A stretch of 64,000 bases of DNA from Candidatus Oxydemutatoraceae bacterium (GTDB lineage Bacteria > Pseudomonadota > Gammaproteobacteria > Poriferisulfidales > Oxydemutatoraceae), in the NCBI GenBank assembly GCA_965237985.1, contig OZ250161.1, positions 1,701,677 to 1,765,676 of the forward strand, in the 5' to 3' direction. Numbering within the stretch: position 1 is the first letter of the stretch; every line of letters starts with the position of its first letter. Both the position numbers and the translations under genes were made by a program. Positions 1 through 8,827 of this stretch are shown piece by piece. The notes under the pieces were generated by a model, which searched no databases, was not told where the DNA came from, and worked only from the letters and a program-made list of their open reading frames with translations.

Positions 1-2470
1 GTTTCTTGTTTAGATACTTAAGGAAGACAAAGGACTTTTCCAGGTTGATATCCGTGAAGTCAATGATTTGAGACAGGTAGCCGTACATGCGAATAAAGGA
101 TTGAAGCTTGGAGCGGAAATCTTCTCTGGTGTCATCCTTTTCAATCTTGTTGAACTGAGCAACCACCGCATCAAGAATCGGGTGCAGGTTTCCTTCATCC
201 CGGTCTGTGCTGAAAAACACCTGGCAGAAACAATTGACGTCCTCGTCGGTGTAAAGATGAAATCCACGGATATTGCCCAAAGTGTCGTAAAGAAGATTCG
301 GGTCTGTCTCGCTCGAAAGGATGCTTGCCTGGTAGAACCTTTGGAAAGACTCTCTAATATCGTCAGGTTCATTTACGAAGTCCAGAACAAAGGTCTGGGT
401 CTTTCCCGAGGTCGTTCTGTTGAGTCTTGACAGGGTTTGCACACACTGAACCCCACCCAGCTTCTTGTCGACATACATCGACTGGACAAGGGGTTCATCA
501 AATCCTGTTTGAAACTTATCAGCAACGATGAGCAGTCGATACTTTGGATTCTTCAAGCCGAGGGGAACGTTGCCCGTATGCTCCAAGGTTCGATTCAGGC
601 TGTTTTCAGTGTACTTTTCACCATCCAGATCCACTTCACCAGAGAATCCCACCAGTGAACGGTAACTCATCCCTCGTTCCTCCAGTTGTCTGTTGATTTC
701 CTGGAAATACCAGACACAATGTTTGCGGGACCGGGTCGCGATCATTCCTCGTGATTGCCCTTGGATCTCTTTTGAACCCTTGTTGATCCAATGGTCCAAG
801 ATGATGTTTACTTTGTTGCGGATGGTCAGTTTGTGTGAATCAACATATTTCATGAGTTGTTTCTTCCCTTGGGAGGTGGGGATCTCGAGGTCTCCGTCTT
901 TGGTCTGCTTGAGCTTGAAGTAGCGTTTGTAGGTGGTGTAATTCTGTAGGACATCCAGAGTAAATCCTTCATGGATGGACTGTTCCATGGAGTAGATGTG
1001 GAAGGGGATAAACTGGCCTTCATCAGTCCTGGTGCCAAACAACTCCAGTGTCTTTTCTTTGGGAGTCCCGGTGAAGCCAAAGAAGGAAATATGGTCTTGT
1101 TTTCCGCGGCTTTGAATTTCTTGTCTCAGCATTTCTTCGTAATCGAATTCTCCATCGTCCTTGTCGGTCTTTGAAAGGGTTTTTTTTAACTCTTTCGACA
1201 GCTCCCCTGACTGGCTGGAGTGAACCTCGTCGATAATGACCCCGAAGGTTCGGTTGCCCAGTGATGTGATGGTCTCTGAGATGAAGGGGAATTTCTGGAT
1301 GGTCGTGATGACAATGTCTTTACCCTGTTCCAGGAACTCCCTGAGTTCCTTTGAACCTTTCTCAACGCCGCTCACCACACCGTTGACCTTCTCAAGTGAT
1401 CGGATCGTGTTCCTTAACTGATCATCCAGGACCGTTCTATCCGTCACTACAATGATCGTGTCGAACATCCTCCTGGTGTCACCCCTGGATCGATAAAGGG
1501 AGGTCAGGGTGTGTGACAACCAGCCTATGGAGTATGACTTGCCTGACCCCGTGGTGTGTTGGACCAGATAATTCTTTCCCACTCCATCTTTTTTCAATTG
1601 GCGCCGAAACTTGCGGATCAGGTTGAGTTGATGATAACGGGGGAAGATCAGGACCTCGGAGTTCCTGGTGTCGATCTTCTGGGTCTTTCCATTGAAGAAA
1701 TAACTCTTTTCCTGCGAGAGGTGGGCAAAGTTTTCCAGAATATCGAGGATGGAGTCTCGGCTCAGGATGTCTTCCCACAGATACTTTGTTCTGTACCCGC
1801 TCTTGACCGGAGGGTTTTCAAGGTCTCGGTTGTAGGGAAGGAAAAATGTTTTCGCAGCTGACAATCGTGTGGTCATTGAGACCTTGTCGTTATCCACACA
1901 GAAATGAACCGCGCATCTCTTGAAGCGGAGCAGGGGTTCTTTTGGATCTCTGTTGTTTCTGTATTGATTTTCCGAGTGACGAATGTTTTGACCGGTTAAC
2001 TGGTTTTTCAATTCCATCGTGACCAAAGGCAGACCATTCAGGAAAAGCACCATGTCAATCGAGTTCTCGTTTTGTTCCGAGTAGTGAAGCTGGCGGACAA
2101 CGGTGAATTTGTTGGATTGATAGAGTTTTTGGTGCTTAGGATTCAGGTCGCTTTTTGGCTGGAAGTAACAAAGGGCTAGATATTCACCGCGATCCACGAC
2201 CTTATTTCGGAGCACATCGATGATTCCTCGTTTGGCAATCTCGGCTGAAATGCGGGACAGGACTTTGTTCCCGGTATCCAGACCGTAGATTGTGTTGAGT
2301 CGATTCCAACTGTCTAGTTGAGTGGCCTTTATGAACTCGATCAGATCCTCGTGAATTAGACAGAGAGAACGGTCATAGTCGGAGAAATGACGAGGTCCAT
2401 AACCAATCGAACGCAGGTGCTTCTCAATATGGTCTTCAAACTTCCTCTCGTTGGGTTTCAAGTCGCTCAT
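1..2470 (-). CDS. hsdR: Type I restriction enzyme subunit R (runs off the window start)
   Basis: ATG at 2470 overlaps the hsdS stop (ATGA). Manual translation gives MSDLKPNERKFEDHIE..IDMVLFLNGLPLVTMELKN (nuclease motif), QHTTGSGKS (Walker A), VIIDEVHSSQ (DExH), FTGTPK and KFQTGFDEP..MYVDKKL..VQTLSRLNR. No stop seen before the edge, which explains its absence from the ORF track. Confidence 0.93.
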   Translation of the reverse strand, partial: MSDLKPNERKFEDHIEKHLRSIGYGPRHFSDYDRSLCLIHEDLIEFIKATQLDSWNRLNTIYGLDTGNKVLSRISAEIAKRGIIDVLRNKVVDRGEYLALCYFQPKSDLNPKHQKLYQSNKFTVVRQLHYSEQNENSIDMVLFLNGLPLVTMELKNQLTGQNIRHSENQYRNNRDPKEPLLRFKRCAVHFCVDNDKVSMTTRLSAAKTFFLPYNRDLENPPVKSGYRTKYLWEDILSRDSILDILENFAHLSQEKSYFFNGKTQKIDTRNSEVLIFPRYHQLNLIRKFRRQLKKDGVGKNYLVQHTTGSGKSYSIGWLSHTLTSLYRSRGDTRRMFDTIIVVTDRTVLDDQLRNTIRSLEKVNGVVSGVEKGSKELREFLEQGKDIVITTIQKFPFISETITSLGNRTFGVIIDEVHSSQSGELSKELKKTLSKTDKDDGEFDYEEMLRQEIQSRGKQDHISFFGFTGTPKEKTLELFGTRTDEGQFIPFHIYSMEQSIHEGFTLDVLQNYTTYKRYFKLKQTKDGDLEIPTSQGKKQLMKYVDSHKLTIRNKVNIILDHWINKGSKEIQGQSRGMIATRSRKHCVWYFQEINRQLEERGMSYRSLVGFSGEVDLDGEKYTENSLNRTLEHTGNVPLGLKNPKYRLLIVADKFQTGFDEPLVQSMYVDKKLGGVQCVQTLSRLNRTTSGKTQTFVLDFVNEPDDIRESFQRFYQASILSSETDPNLLYDTLGNIRGFHLYTDEDVNCFCQVFFSTDRDEGNLHPILDAVVAQFNKIEKDDTREDFRSKLQSFIRMYGYLSQIIDFTDINLEKSFVFLKYLNKK

Positions 2471-3780
2471 GGCAGTTCCTCAGTGACGCGAATCTTGCCG
2501 GTTACGACATCGGAGATGAGGGATTGACGGTATTCTTTGAGGAGATTGATTTTTTCGTTAGACTTATCAGTCAATTTATGGATTTTGACTGACTGTTCAT
2601 CCAAATATTCAGAAATCACAAGTTGTTCGTTACTCGGTGGAATGAATGAGACTTCTGACATAAACCCGTCTAGGTCTAAATTTTGAATCCCAGAAGTCTG
2701 TTTAATGTTTCGTAAGGTTTGCCCTTGGACGTAACCCGAAAACAAAATATAAACCAGATATCGTGGAACAACTAACTCCAAGTTTGGTCGACATAGATTA
2801 GTAAAGTTAGAGTTGATTGTTGGGTACTGTGGTTCTTTGTCCATCATTACAACACGACCAACCGGTGTCTTTTCTCCACCACCAGATTTTTCAAGAATTA
2901 AGTCGTTTTTTTGAACTAGTTTCCACGAGTCATTTTTTAGTTTTAGTGATCTGATGGTCGGAATGTCTTTCGAGATAGTCAGATTGGGAAAGTCGAATTC
3001 TGTTACACGAATAACTCTTACTAAATTTTCGACTTGTCCTTCCGCCGGATCATCCCCCCAAGAACCACCAAAATATTCGGAGAACAGTCGTTTATTGGAA
3101 ACATGTTTCCAATGACTCGGGATTTCACCAATCCATTCAATGCCACTATGTTCCATCTCAACATTCGAATCGAGACCTTTGGTAACACACTGGTTGATCA
3201 ACGCGGTTCGTTGTTCTTTGAGAAGCTCGACTTTTCGTTGGGTTTTCTCAATCAAAGAGTCGATCTGTTCGGTCTTCTTGTCGAGGTAACGGGAGATGAG
3301 TTTTTGTTCAGGGGATGGGGGTAGTGGAATAGTCGTATTCATTATTCCACTTACAGACGATCTTGGAAGCTTTACTCCTTCTGAGATACTGTTTACCGAG
3401 TCAATGAATAAACTTGATGACAGAAGGTTATATTGGAATTTTGGGAATATAGAATGAGGTCTCACAACGATCATTTCTCCCATAGATAATCCTGAAAACC
3501 CGCAAAAAACCACTTTGGAAAGATACACCCCAAGTTTGTTAAACAATGTGTCGTATTGCAGAAATTCTACGCCTTCAGTGCCGTGGTTGGAATAGAAATT
3601 AGTTACCTTCCCACTGAATGATTCAACATTTTCGGGAGATATTTTAATTTCTCCGTCTGAAGGGGGACGTTTTGTGGTTATAAGTGCAGAAACAATTTTT
3701 AATCTCTTCAATCCCCAATGACTCGGGATTTCACCTATCCACTCAATTCCACTTTCCTTGTATGCAGAGTACCTATTCAC
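2467..3780 (-). CDS. hsdS: Type I restriction-modification specificity subunit S
   Basis: Two conserved YK/ME.SGIEWIGEIPSHW blocks, PPS.EQ..I..YLD helices and C-terminal LKEYRQSLISDVVTGKIRV. Likely GTG start at 3780 (ORF track extends to 3819). TRDs are visibly AT-rich. Confidence 0.93.
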   Translation of the reverse strand: MNRYSAYKESGIEWIGEIPSHWGLKRLKIVSALITTKRPPSDGEIKISPENVESFSGKVTNFYSNHGTEGVEFLQYDTLFNKLGVYLSKVVFCGFSGLSMGEMIVVRPHSIFPKFQYNLLSSSLFIDSVNSISEGVKLPRSSVSGIMNTTIPLPPSPEQKLISRYLDKKTEQIDSLIEKTQRKVELLKEQRTALINQCVTKGLDSNVEMEHSGIEWIGEIPSHWKHVSNKRLFSEYFGGSWGDDPAEGQVENLVRVIRVTEFDFPNLTISKDIPTIRSLKLKNDSWKLVQKNDLILEKSGGGEKTPVGRVVMMDKEPQYPTINSNFTNLCRPNLELVVPRYLVYILFSGYVQGQTLRNIKQTSGIQNLDLDGFMSEVSFIPPSNEQLVISEYLDEQSVKIHKLTDKSNEKINLLKEYRQSLISDVVTGKIRVTEELP

Positions 3781-5485
3781 CCGGCACCTCCAAAGACAAC
3801 TGCCTGATCTCATCATCAAGCGACTTCAAATCCTGAGTGATGTCCTCAAGTTTTCTCAGGGGAGTGAATTTGTAAAAGTACTTCGTGAAATTGATTTCAT
3901 ATCCAACCTTATCCCTGGAACGATTCATCCATGAGTCCGGAAGGTGTGGCTGGACCTCTCTCTCAAAGTATTCATCCACGGATTCCGTAAGGGGGATCCT
4001 TTCGTGGTCTCTTTTTGAAGTGTCTGGTTTTGGATTACCCTTCCTGTCAGTCTTGACGTCTCCATTTTCGAAAAGAGGCTGTTCAATGACCACTTTTGTG
4101 TAGCCAAAGAATTCGTTGGAGTAGATTTTACAGAACTCTCCCTCTTCAAAGGACGTATAGATGTCATACAAATCTTCTGATTGTTGTTTCGTCACTTTCT
4201 TTCTCTTACTGCCAAGAGATTTCCGCATCTGTTTGAAAAAACTGGAACCGTCAATCAACTGAACTTTAGCTCTACGTTCAGGAGATTTTTTATTGGTCAC
4301 AATCCAAAAATAAGTCGTAATGCCCGAGTTGAAGAATAGTTGATCAGGAAGATATACAATGGTTTCCAACCAGTCGTTCTCGATGATCCACCTGCGGATT
4401 TCGGATTCACCACTCCCGGCATCACCCGTAAACAGGGGAGAGCCATTGAAGACGATCCCGATACGGGACCCTTCCGGACTCATCTTGTGCATCAGGTGTT
4501 GGAGAAAAAGGAGGGAACCGTCTGAGATCCGAGGAGTCCCAACGAAGAATCGACCATTCGGATCTTTACTCTCTTCCTTTACAAAATTCTTTTCGGACTT
4601 CCAACTGACCCCAAATGGGGGGTTGGTAATCATGTAGTCAAATGTCCGACCCTGGAGCCGATCGTCTGAAATGGATGAACATGGACCATGAATATTTTCG
4701 GGGTTTTCATCCATCATCAGGAGATCGGATTTGCAGATGGAATAGGTCACGTCATTCAGTTCCTGACCGTGGAGAATAATCTTCAGGTCTGGGTTGATGT
4801 TCTCGTGAACCCACTTCTTGCCGATGGTCAACATGCCGCCAGTCCCACAACAGGGGTCAAAGACTGTCCGGATCAATCCCTCGCCTTGCAGGTCTGGTTT
4901 GTCGCCTCCAAACAGAAAGGAGACCAACAGTTTTACCACATCACGGGGTGTGAAGTGGTCGCCACTTTCCTCGTTGGACATTTCCGAGAACCTGCGAAGG
5001 AGTTCCTCGCAGACTAATCCCATTTCGTGGTTGTCAATGACAGATGGGTGAAGATTGATCTCCGTGAACTTGTCAATGAGAAGATACAGGCGTTTGTGTT
5101 TGTGAAGTTTTTCAACCAGTGGTTCGAGTGAGAAATTTTCGATGATGTCCCGCACGTTTTTTGAGTAACCCTGAACATAGTTGTCGAAGTTCATAAAGAC
5201 GTTGGTGGGGTCACTCTTAATCCGGGATAGGTCGAACTTTGATGTATTGAAGAAGGAAAGACCAACCTGTCTCAGGATCACTGGAGAGGGATCAGAGAGT
5301 TGATCTTTGAATTTGTCGTAAAGTTCATACACCTCATCCTTCCTGGGCTCGAGGACACAATCCAGACGCCTCATGACCACGAACGGAAGAATGACTCGAC
5401 CGTATTCACTGGGTTTGAAGAGACCACGAAGGACGTCATCCGCTGACGACCAGATCAAGGATGACAGGCTGCTTGCACTGTTCAA
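3773..5485 (-). CDS. hsdM: Type I R-M N6-adenine methyltransferase subunit M
   Basis: IWSSADDVLRG, HFTPRDVV, FDPCCGTGGML (motif I), NPPFG (motif IV), GSPLFTGDAGSGESEIRRW and GYEINF. Confidence 0.95.
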   Translation of the reverse strand: MNSASSLSSLIWSSADDVLRGLFKPSEYGRVILPFVVMRRLDCVLEPRKDEVYELYDKFKDQLSDPSPVILRQVGLSFFNTSKFDLSRIKSDPTNVFMNFDNYVQGYSKNVRDIIENFSLEPLVEKLHKHKRLYLLIDKFTEINLHPSVIDNHEMGLVCEELLRRFSEMSNEESGDHFTPRDVVKLLVSFLFGGDKPDLQGEGLIRTVFDPCCGTGGMLTIGKKWVHENINPDLKIILHGQELNDVTYSICKSDLLMMDENPENIHGPCSSISDDRLQGRTFDYMITNPPFGVSWKSEKNFVKEESKDPNGRFFVGTPRISDGSLLFLQHLMHKMSPEGSRIGIVFNGSPLFTGDAGSGESEIRRWIIENDWLETIVYLPDQLFFNSGITTYFWIVTNKKSPERRAKVQLIDGSSFFKQMRKSLGSKRKKVTKQQSEDLYDIYTSFEEGEFCKIYSNEFFGYTKVVIEQPLFENGDVKTDRKGNPKPDTSKRDHERIPLTESVDEYFEREVQPHLPDSWMNRSRDKVGYEINFTKYFYKFTPLRKLEDITQDLKSLDDEIRQLSLEVPGE

Positions 5486-5572
5486 AAGATTGATTTCCCG
5501 ACAAAAAGATTGAAAAGAACCGGATATTCCTGAATTATCAACGACGGCTAGAGGGTGTCCATGAAACGAAAA

Positions 5573-7402
5573 TCATTCCACAGTGACGGATTTCGCCAGG
5601 TTGCGGGGTTTGTCGACGTCGGTGCCTTTCTGCAATGCGCAGTGGTAGGCAAGGAGTTGCAGGGGCAGGGAGAAAATGATGGGTGCCACCGAGTTTTCCG
5701 GAGCATCCACTCCGATGAGGTGGATGTTTTTTTCGTTGGCGAACCTGACTCCGCGGGCGGCGAAAACCAGGAGCTGTCCGCCGCGGGCGCTGACCTCTTC
5801 AAGATTTGTTTTGAGTTTGTTCAGCAGGTGGTCATTGGGGGCGACGGCAATAATAGGCATATCGGTATCCACCAATGCCAATGGCCCGTGTTTCAGTTCT
5901 CCGGCAGCATATGCTTCTGCGTGCAGATAAGAAATTTCCTTGAGTTTCAGCGCTCCTTCCATGGCAATCGGGTAATGCAGTCCGCGCCCGAGAAACAGCG
6001 CATGATTTTTTCTGGATATTTGTTCGGCAGCTATGGCGATCTGAGGCTCCAGTTTCAAGGCGTTTCCCAGACGTGCGGGAAGGTTGCGCAACTGCTGGAT
6101 GAGTAGCTGAATGGCTTTTTCCTGGTGGGGATTTCTTTTGATCAGCAGAATCACGATCAGCATCAAGGCGACCAGCTGCGTGGTAAACGCTTTCGTGGAT
6201 GCGACCCCGATTTCCGGTCCGGCGTGCGTCAACAGCACAAAATCCGCACTTCTTGCCAAGGTGCTGTGCGCGACGTTGCACAGTCCCAGTGTGGACAGGT
6301 AATTTTCGCTTTTCGCTTTTTCCAAGGCAGCCAGGGTGTCGGCCGTCTCTCCGGACTGGGAAATCGCAATGAACAGGGAATCACTGTGCCGTGCCTGTTT
6401 TCGATAACGGAACTCGCTTGCTATTTCCGCTTGACATGGCACTCCGGCAAGCTCCTCGCACCAGTATTTCGCCACCAGTGCGGCGTGAAAACTGGTGCCG
6501 CACGCCACGATATGCAGTCCGCGGGTCTGATCCAGAATCGGTTTCGCGTTGTATCCCAGGATTTCGTCAGGTACGGTGTTGTCGTGCAGCCTTCCTTCCA
6601 GGGTGTCTGAAACCGCACCGGGCTGCTCGTGGATTTCCTTGTGCATGAAATGTCGGAAGTTCCCGAGCTCGGAAAAATTCGTGTGCGGGTCAATCCGTTC
6701 CTCGTCCTGAGCCACACGGCGCAGTTGCTCGTCGTATACCTCCACCTGGTCGCAATCGCAGACGACCAGTTTGCGGTTTTCTAAAATCAGGAATCGCTTC
6801 GTGATGCCTGCCAGAGCCTGCACATCGGAAGCCAGGTAATTCGCCTGTTCTCCCAGTCCGACCACCAGCGGGCTGCCGTTGCGTGCACCCACCAGCTTCC
6901 GGGGCTCGCGTTCATCGAGGACTGCCAGTGCCCACGAGCCTGCCAGGTCTTGCGCCGCTTCCTGAACAGCCGACAACAGGTCTCTTCCCTGTTCGAGATA
7001 GAAACTGATCTGATGCGCAATCACTTCGGTGTCGGTGTCCGAGGAAAAAACAAAACCCAGTTTCTCCTGCTGCTCTTTCAGTTCCAGGTAGTTTTCGATA
7101 ATGCCGTTATGGACAACCGCAACGCGCCCACGTGACACTTGTGGGTGGGCGTTGTATTCCGCCGGTACTCCGTGGGTGGCCCAGCGTGTGTGAGCCACGC
7201 CAATGTGGCCGGAAACCGGTTCTTTCAGCAGCAATTTTTCCAGTTCATTGACACGTCCGGCACAACGTCGTATGTGGATGGCGTTGTTCTGCAATGTTGC
7301 GATGCCGCTGGAGTCATAGCCTCGGTATTCCAGCCGGTGCAGGCCCTCCAAAAGGACCGGGCAGACATCGTTTTTTGCGACCGCCGCGACTATCCCACAC
7401 AT
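5573..7402 (-). CDS. glmS: Glutamine--fructose-6-phosphate aminotransferase
   Basis: MCGIV..LEYRGYDSSG, HTRWATHG, SQSGETADT and C-terminal DKPRNLAKSVTVE. Confidence 0.99.
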   Translation of the reverse strand: MCGIVAAVAKNDVCPVLLEGLHRLEYRGYDSSGIATLQNNAIHIRRCAGRVNELEKLLLKEPVSGHIGVAHTRWATHGVPAEYNAHPQVSRGRVAVVHNGIIENYLELKEQQEKLGFVFSSDTDTEVIAHQISFYLEQGRDLLSAVQEAAQDLAGSWALAVLDEREPRKLVGARNGSPLVVGLGEQANYLASDVQALAGITKRFLILENRKLVVCDCDQVEVYDEQLRRVAQDEERIDPHTNFSELGNFRHFMHKEIHEQPGAVSDTLEGRLHDNTVPDEILGYNAKPILDQTRGLHIVACGTSFHAALVAKYWCEELAGVPCQAEIASEFRYRKQARHSDSLFIAISQSGETADTLAALEKAKSENYLSTLGLCNVAHSTLARSADFVLLTHAGPEIGVASTKAFTTQLVALMLIVILLIKRNPHQEKAIQLLIQQLRNLPARLGNALKLEPQIAIAAEQISRKNHALFLGRGLHYPIAMEGALKLKEISYLHAEAYAAGELKHGPLALVDTDMPIIAVAPNDHLLNKLKTNLEEVSARGGQLLVFAARGVRFANEKNIHLIGVDAPENSVAPIIFSLPLQLLAYHCALQKGTDVDKPRNLAKSVTVE

Positions 7403-7414
7403 TTTCTGACTCTG

Positions 7415-8827
7415 TTAATCCTTGGTTTTCGCTGAAACAGGGCGGGGGCGTTTCCAGCTGCGTACCGTGTGCTGTTTGCTGCGCGAGATCGTCAGTTGTT
7501 CTTTTTCAACGTTGTGAGTGATGACGGAGCCTGCCCCGATCGTGGCACTTTTTCCGATGTGAACGGGGGCAATAATCTGGGTGTTCGAACCGACAAACAC
7601 ATCATCTTCTATGACCGTTTGATGTTTGCTTTTGCCGTCGTAATTGCAGGTGATGGTTCCTGCTCCGATGTTGACTTCCTTTCCCACCGTGCTGTCGCCG
7701 ATATAACTCAAGTGCCCGACTTTGCTGCTCCCGCCAATCCTGCTGTTCTTTATTTCCACAAAGTTTCCGACTTTCGCCGCTTCCCCCAGCACCGTTTCGG
7801 GCCGGATACGTGCATAAGGACCCAGGACACAGCCTTTGCCGCATTGCAGTGCATCAAGGTGGGAAAAGGCCTTGACTTGTGTGCCATCTTCCAGGGTCAC
7901 ATCCTTCAGGTAGCAGTAGGGGCCAATTTCCACGTCGTTCCCGAGCTTCACCTCGCCGACGAAAATTACGCCGACATCGACGCAGACATTTTCTCCTGCT
8001 TCCACATTCCCGCGAATGTAGAGATTATTGGAGTCTCGCAGACGCACCCCGGACTTGCGCAAAGCGGCGGCACGATCCTGGTAAATCCAGTGCTCCACGT
8101 GTTCCAGTTCTGCCAAAGTATTGACACCGCGTGCTTCCTCGGCATTTTCAATCTGGCAGGATGCTACCCGGTGTCCGCTCGCAACAGCAATGCCGATGCA
8201 ATCTGTCAGGTAGTACTCCGACTGGCGATTGTCATTTCGGACTCGTCGAATCAGTTGTTGCAGTTCGCCGGCCCGTGCTGCCACCACTCCGACGTTGACT
8301 TCCAAAATGGCTTTCTCTGCCGTGCTGGCATCGGCTTCTTCCACGATGCGCAATACCCGCCCGTCATCATCGCGCAACACTCTGCCGTAACCGTGCGGGT
8401 TTTCGAGAACAGAGGTCAGAAACACCAGTTCGGCATCGGCAAGCCTGCCCAGTACCGTGGCACAACACGCCGCGGTCAACAGCGGCATATCGGCATAGAG
8501 AACCAGTACCGGAAGATCGGGTTCAAGTTTTGGCAATACACAGGCGACGGCATGCGCTGTGCCGTGCCTTTCCTCCTGGCTGTGCCAGTGAATGGGAATC
8601 TTTTGAGGCCAGCTGGCGGTGTCGTTTTCAACTGCCGTGCGGAGCTGATCGGCGTGGTGGCCGAGGACCAGATGCAAGGCATCCGGTGCCAGTTGTGTGA
8701 TGGTGTCAAGCGTATACGCGAGCATGGGTTTTCCGGCCAGGTCCAGCAAAGGTTTGGGCCTGCTGGTAGCGGTTCGTTTGCCCTCGCCGGCGGCCAGCAA
8801 AATGACGGCTTTTCTCGTTTTATGCAT
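7415..8827 (-). CDS. glmU: Bifunctional UDP-GlcNAc pyrophosphorylase / GlcN-1-P acetyltransferase
   Basis: LLAAGEGKR..PKPL, hexapeptide LbH region GNFVEIK..HLSYIGD..GAGTITCNYDG, directly upstream of glmS. True start is ATG 8827; the longer ORF in the track runs into the repeat array. Confidence 0.97.
   Translation of the reverse strand: MHKTRKAVILLAAGEGKRTATSRPKPLLDLAGKPMLAYTLDTITQLAPDALHLVLGHHADQLRTAVENDTASWPQKIPIHWHSQEERHGTAHAVACVLPKLEPDLPVLVLYADMPLLTAACCATVLGRLADAELVFLTSVLENPHGYGRVLRDDDGRVLRIVEEADASTAEKAILEVNVGVVAARAGELQQLIRRVRNDNRQSEYYLTDCIGIAVASGHRVASCQIENAEEARGVNTLAELEHVEHWIYQDRAAALRKSGVRLRDSNNLYIRGNVEAGENVCVDVGVIFVGEVKLGNDVEIGPYCYLKDVTLEDGTQVKAFSHLDALQCGKGCVLGPYARIRPETVLGEAAKVGNFVEIKNSRIGGSSKVGHLSYIGDSTVGKEVNIGAGTITCNYDGKSKHQTVIEDDVFVGSNTQIIAPVHIGKSATIGAGSVITHNVEKEQLTISRSKQHTVRSWKRPRPVSAKTKD

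Noticed and set aside
1-2470. hsdR as a fragmented pseudogene, since only short ORFs appear in the track
   Set aside because: Manual translation from ATG 2470 stays in frame, including across the A8 tract near 1180. It is missing from the track only because its stop lies outside the window.
3114-3760. Direct repeat inside hsdS (SGIEWIGEIPSHW twice) as a phase-variation shufflon
   Set aside because: This is the normal two-fold internal symmetry of HsdS; no invertase or spare TRDs are nearby.
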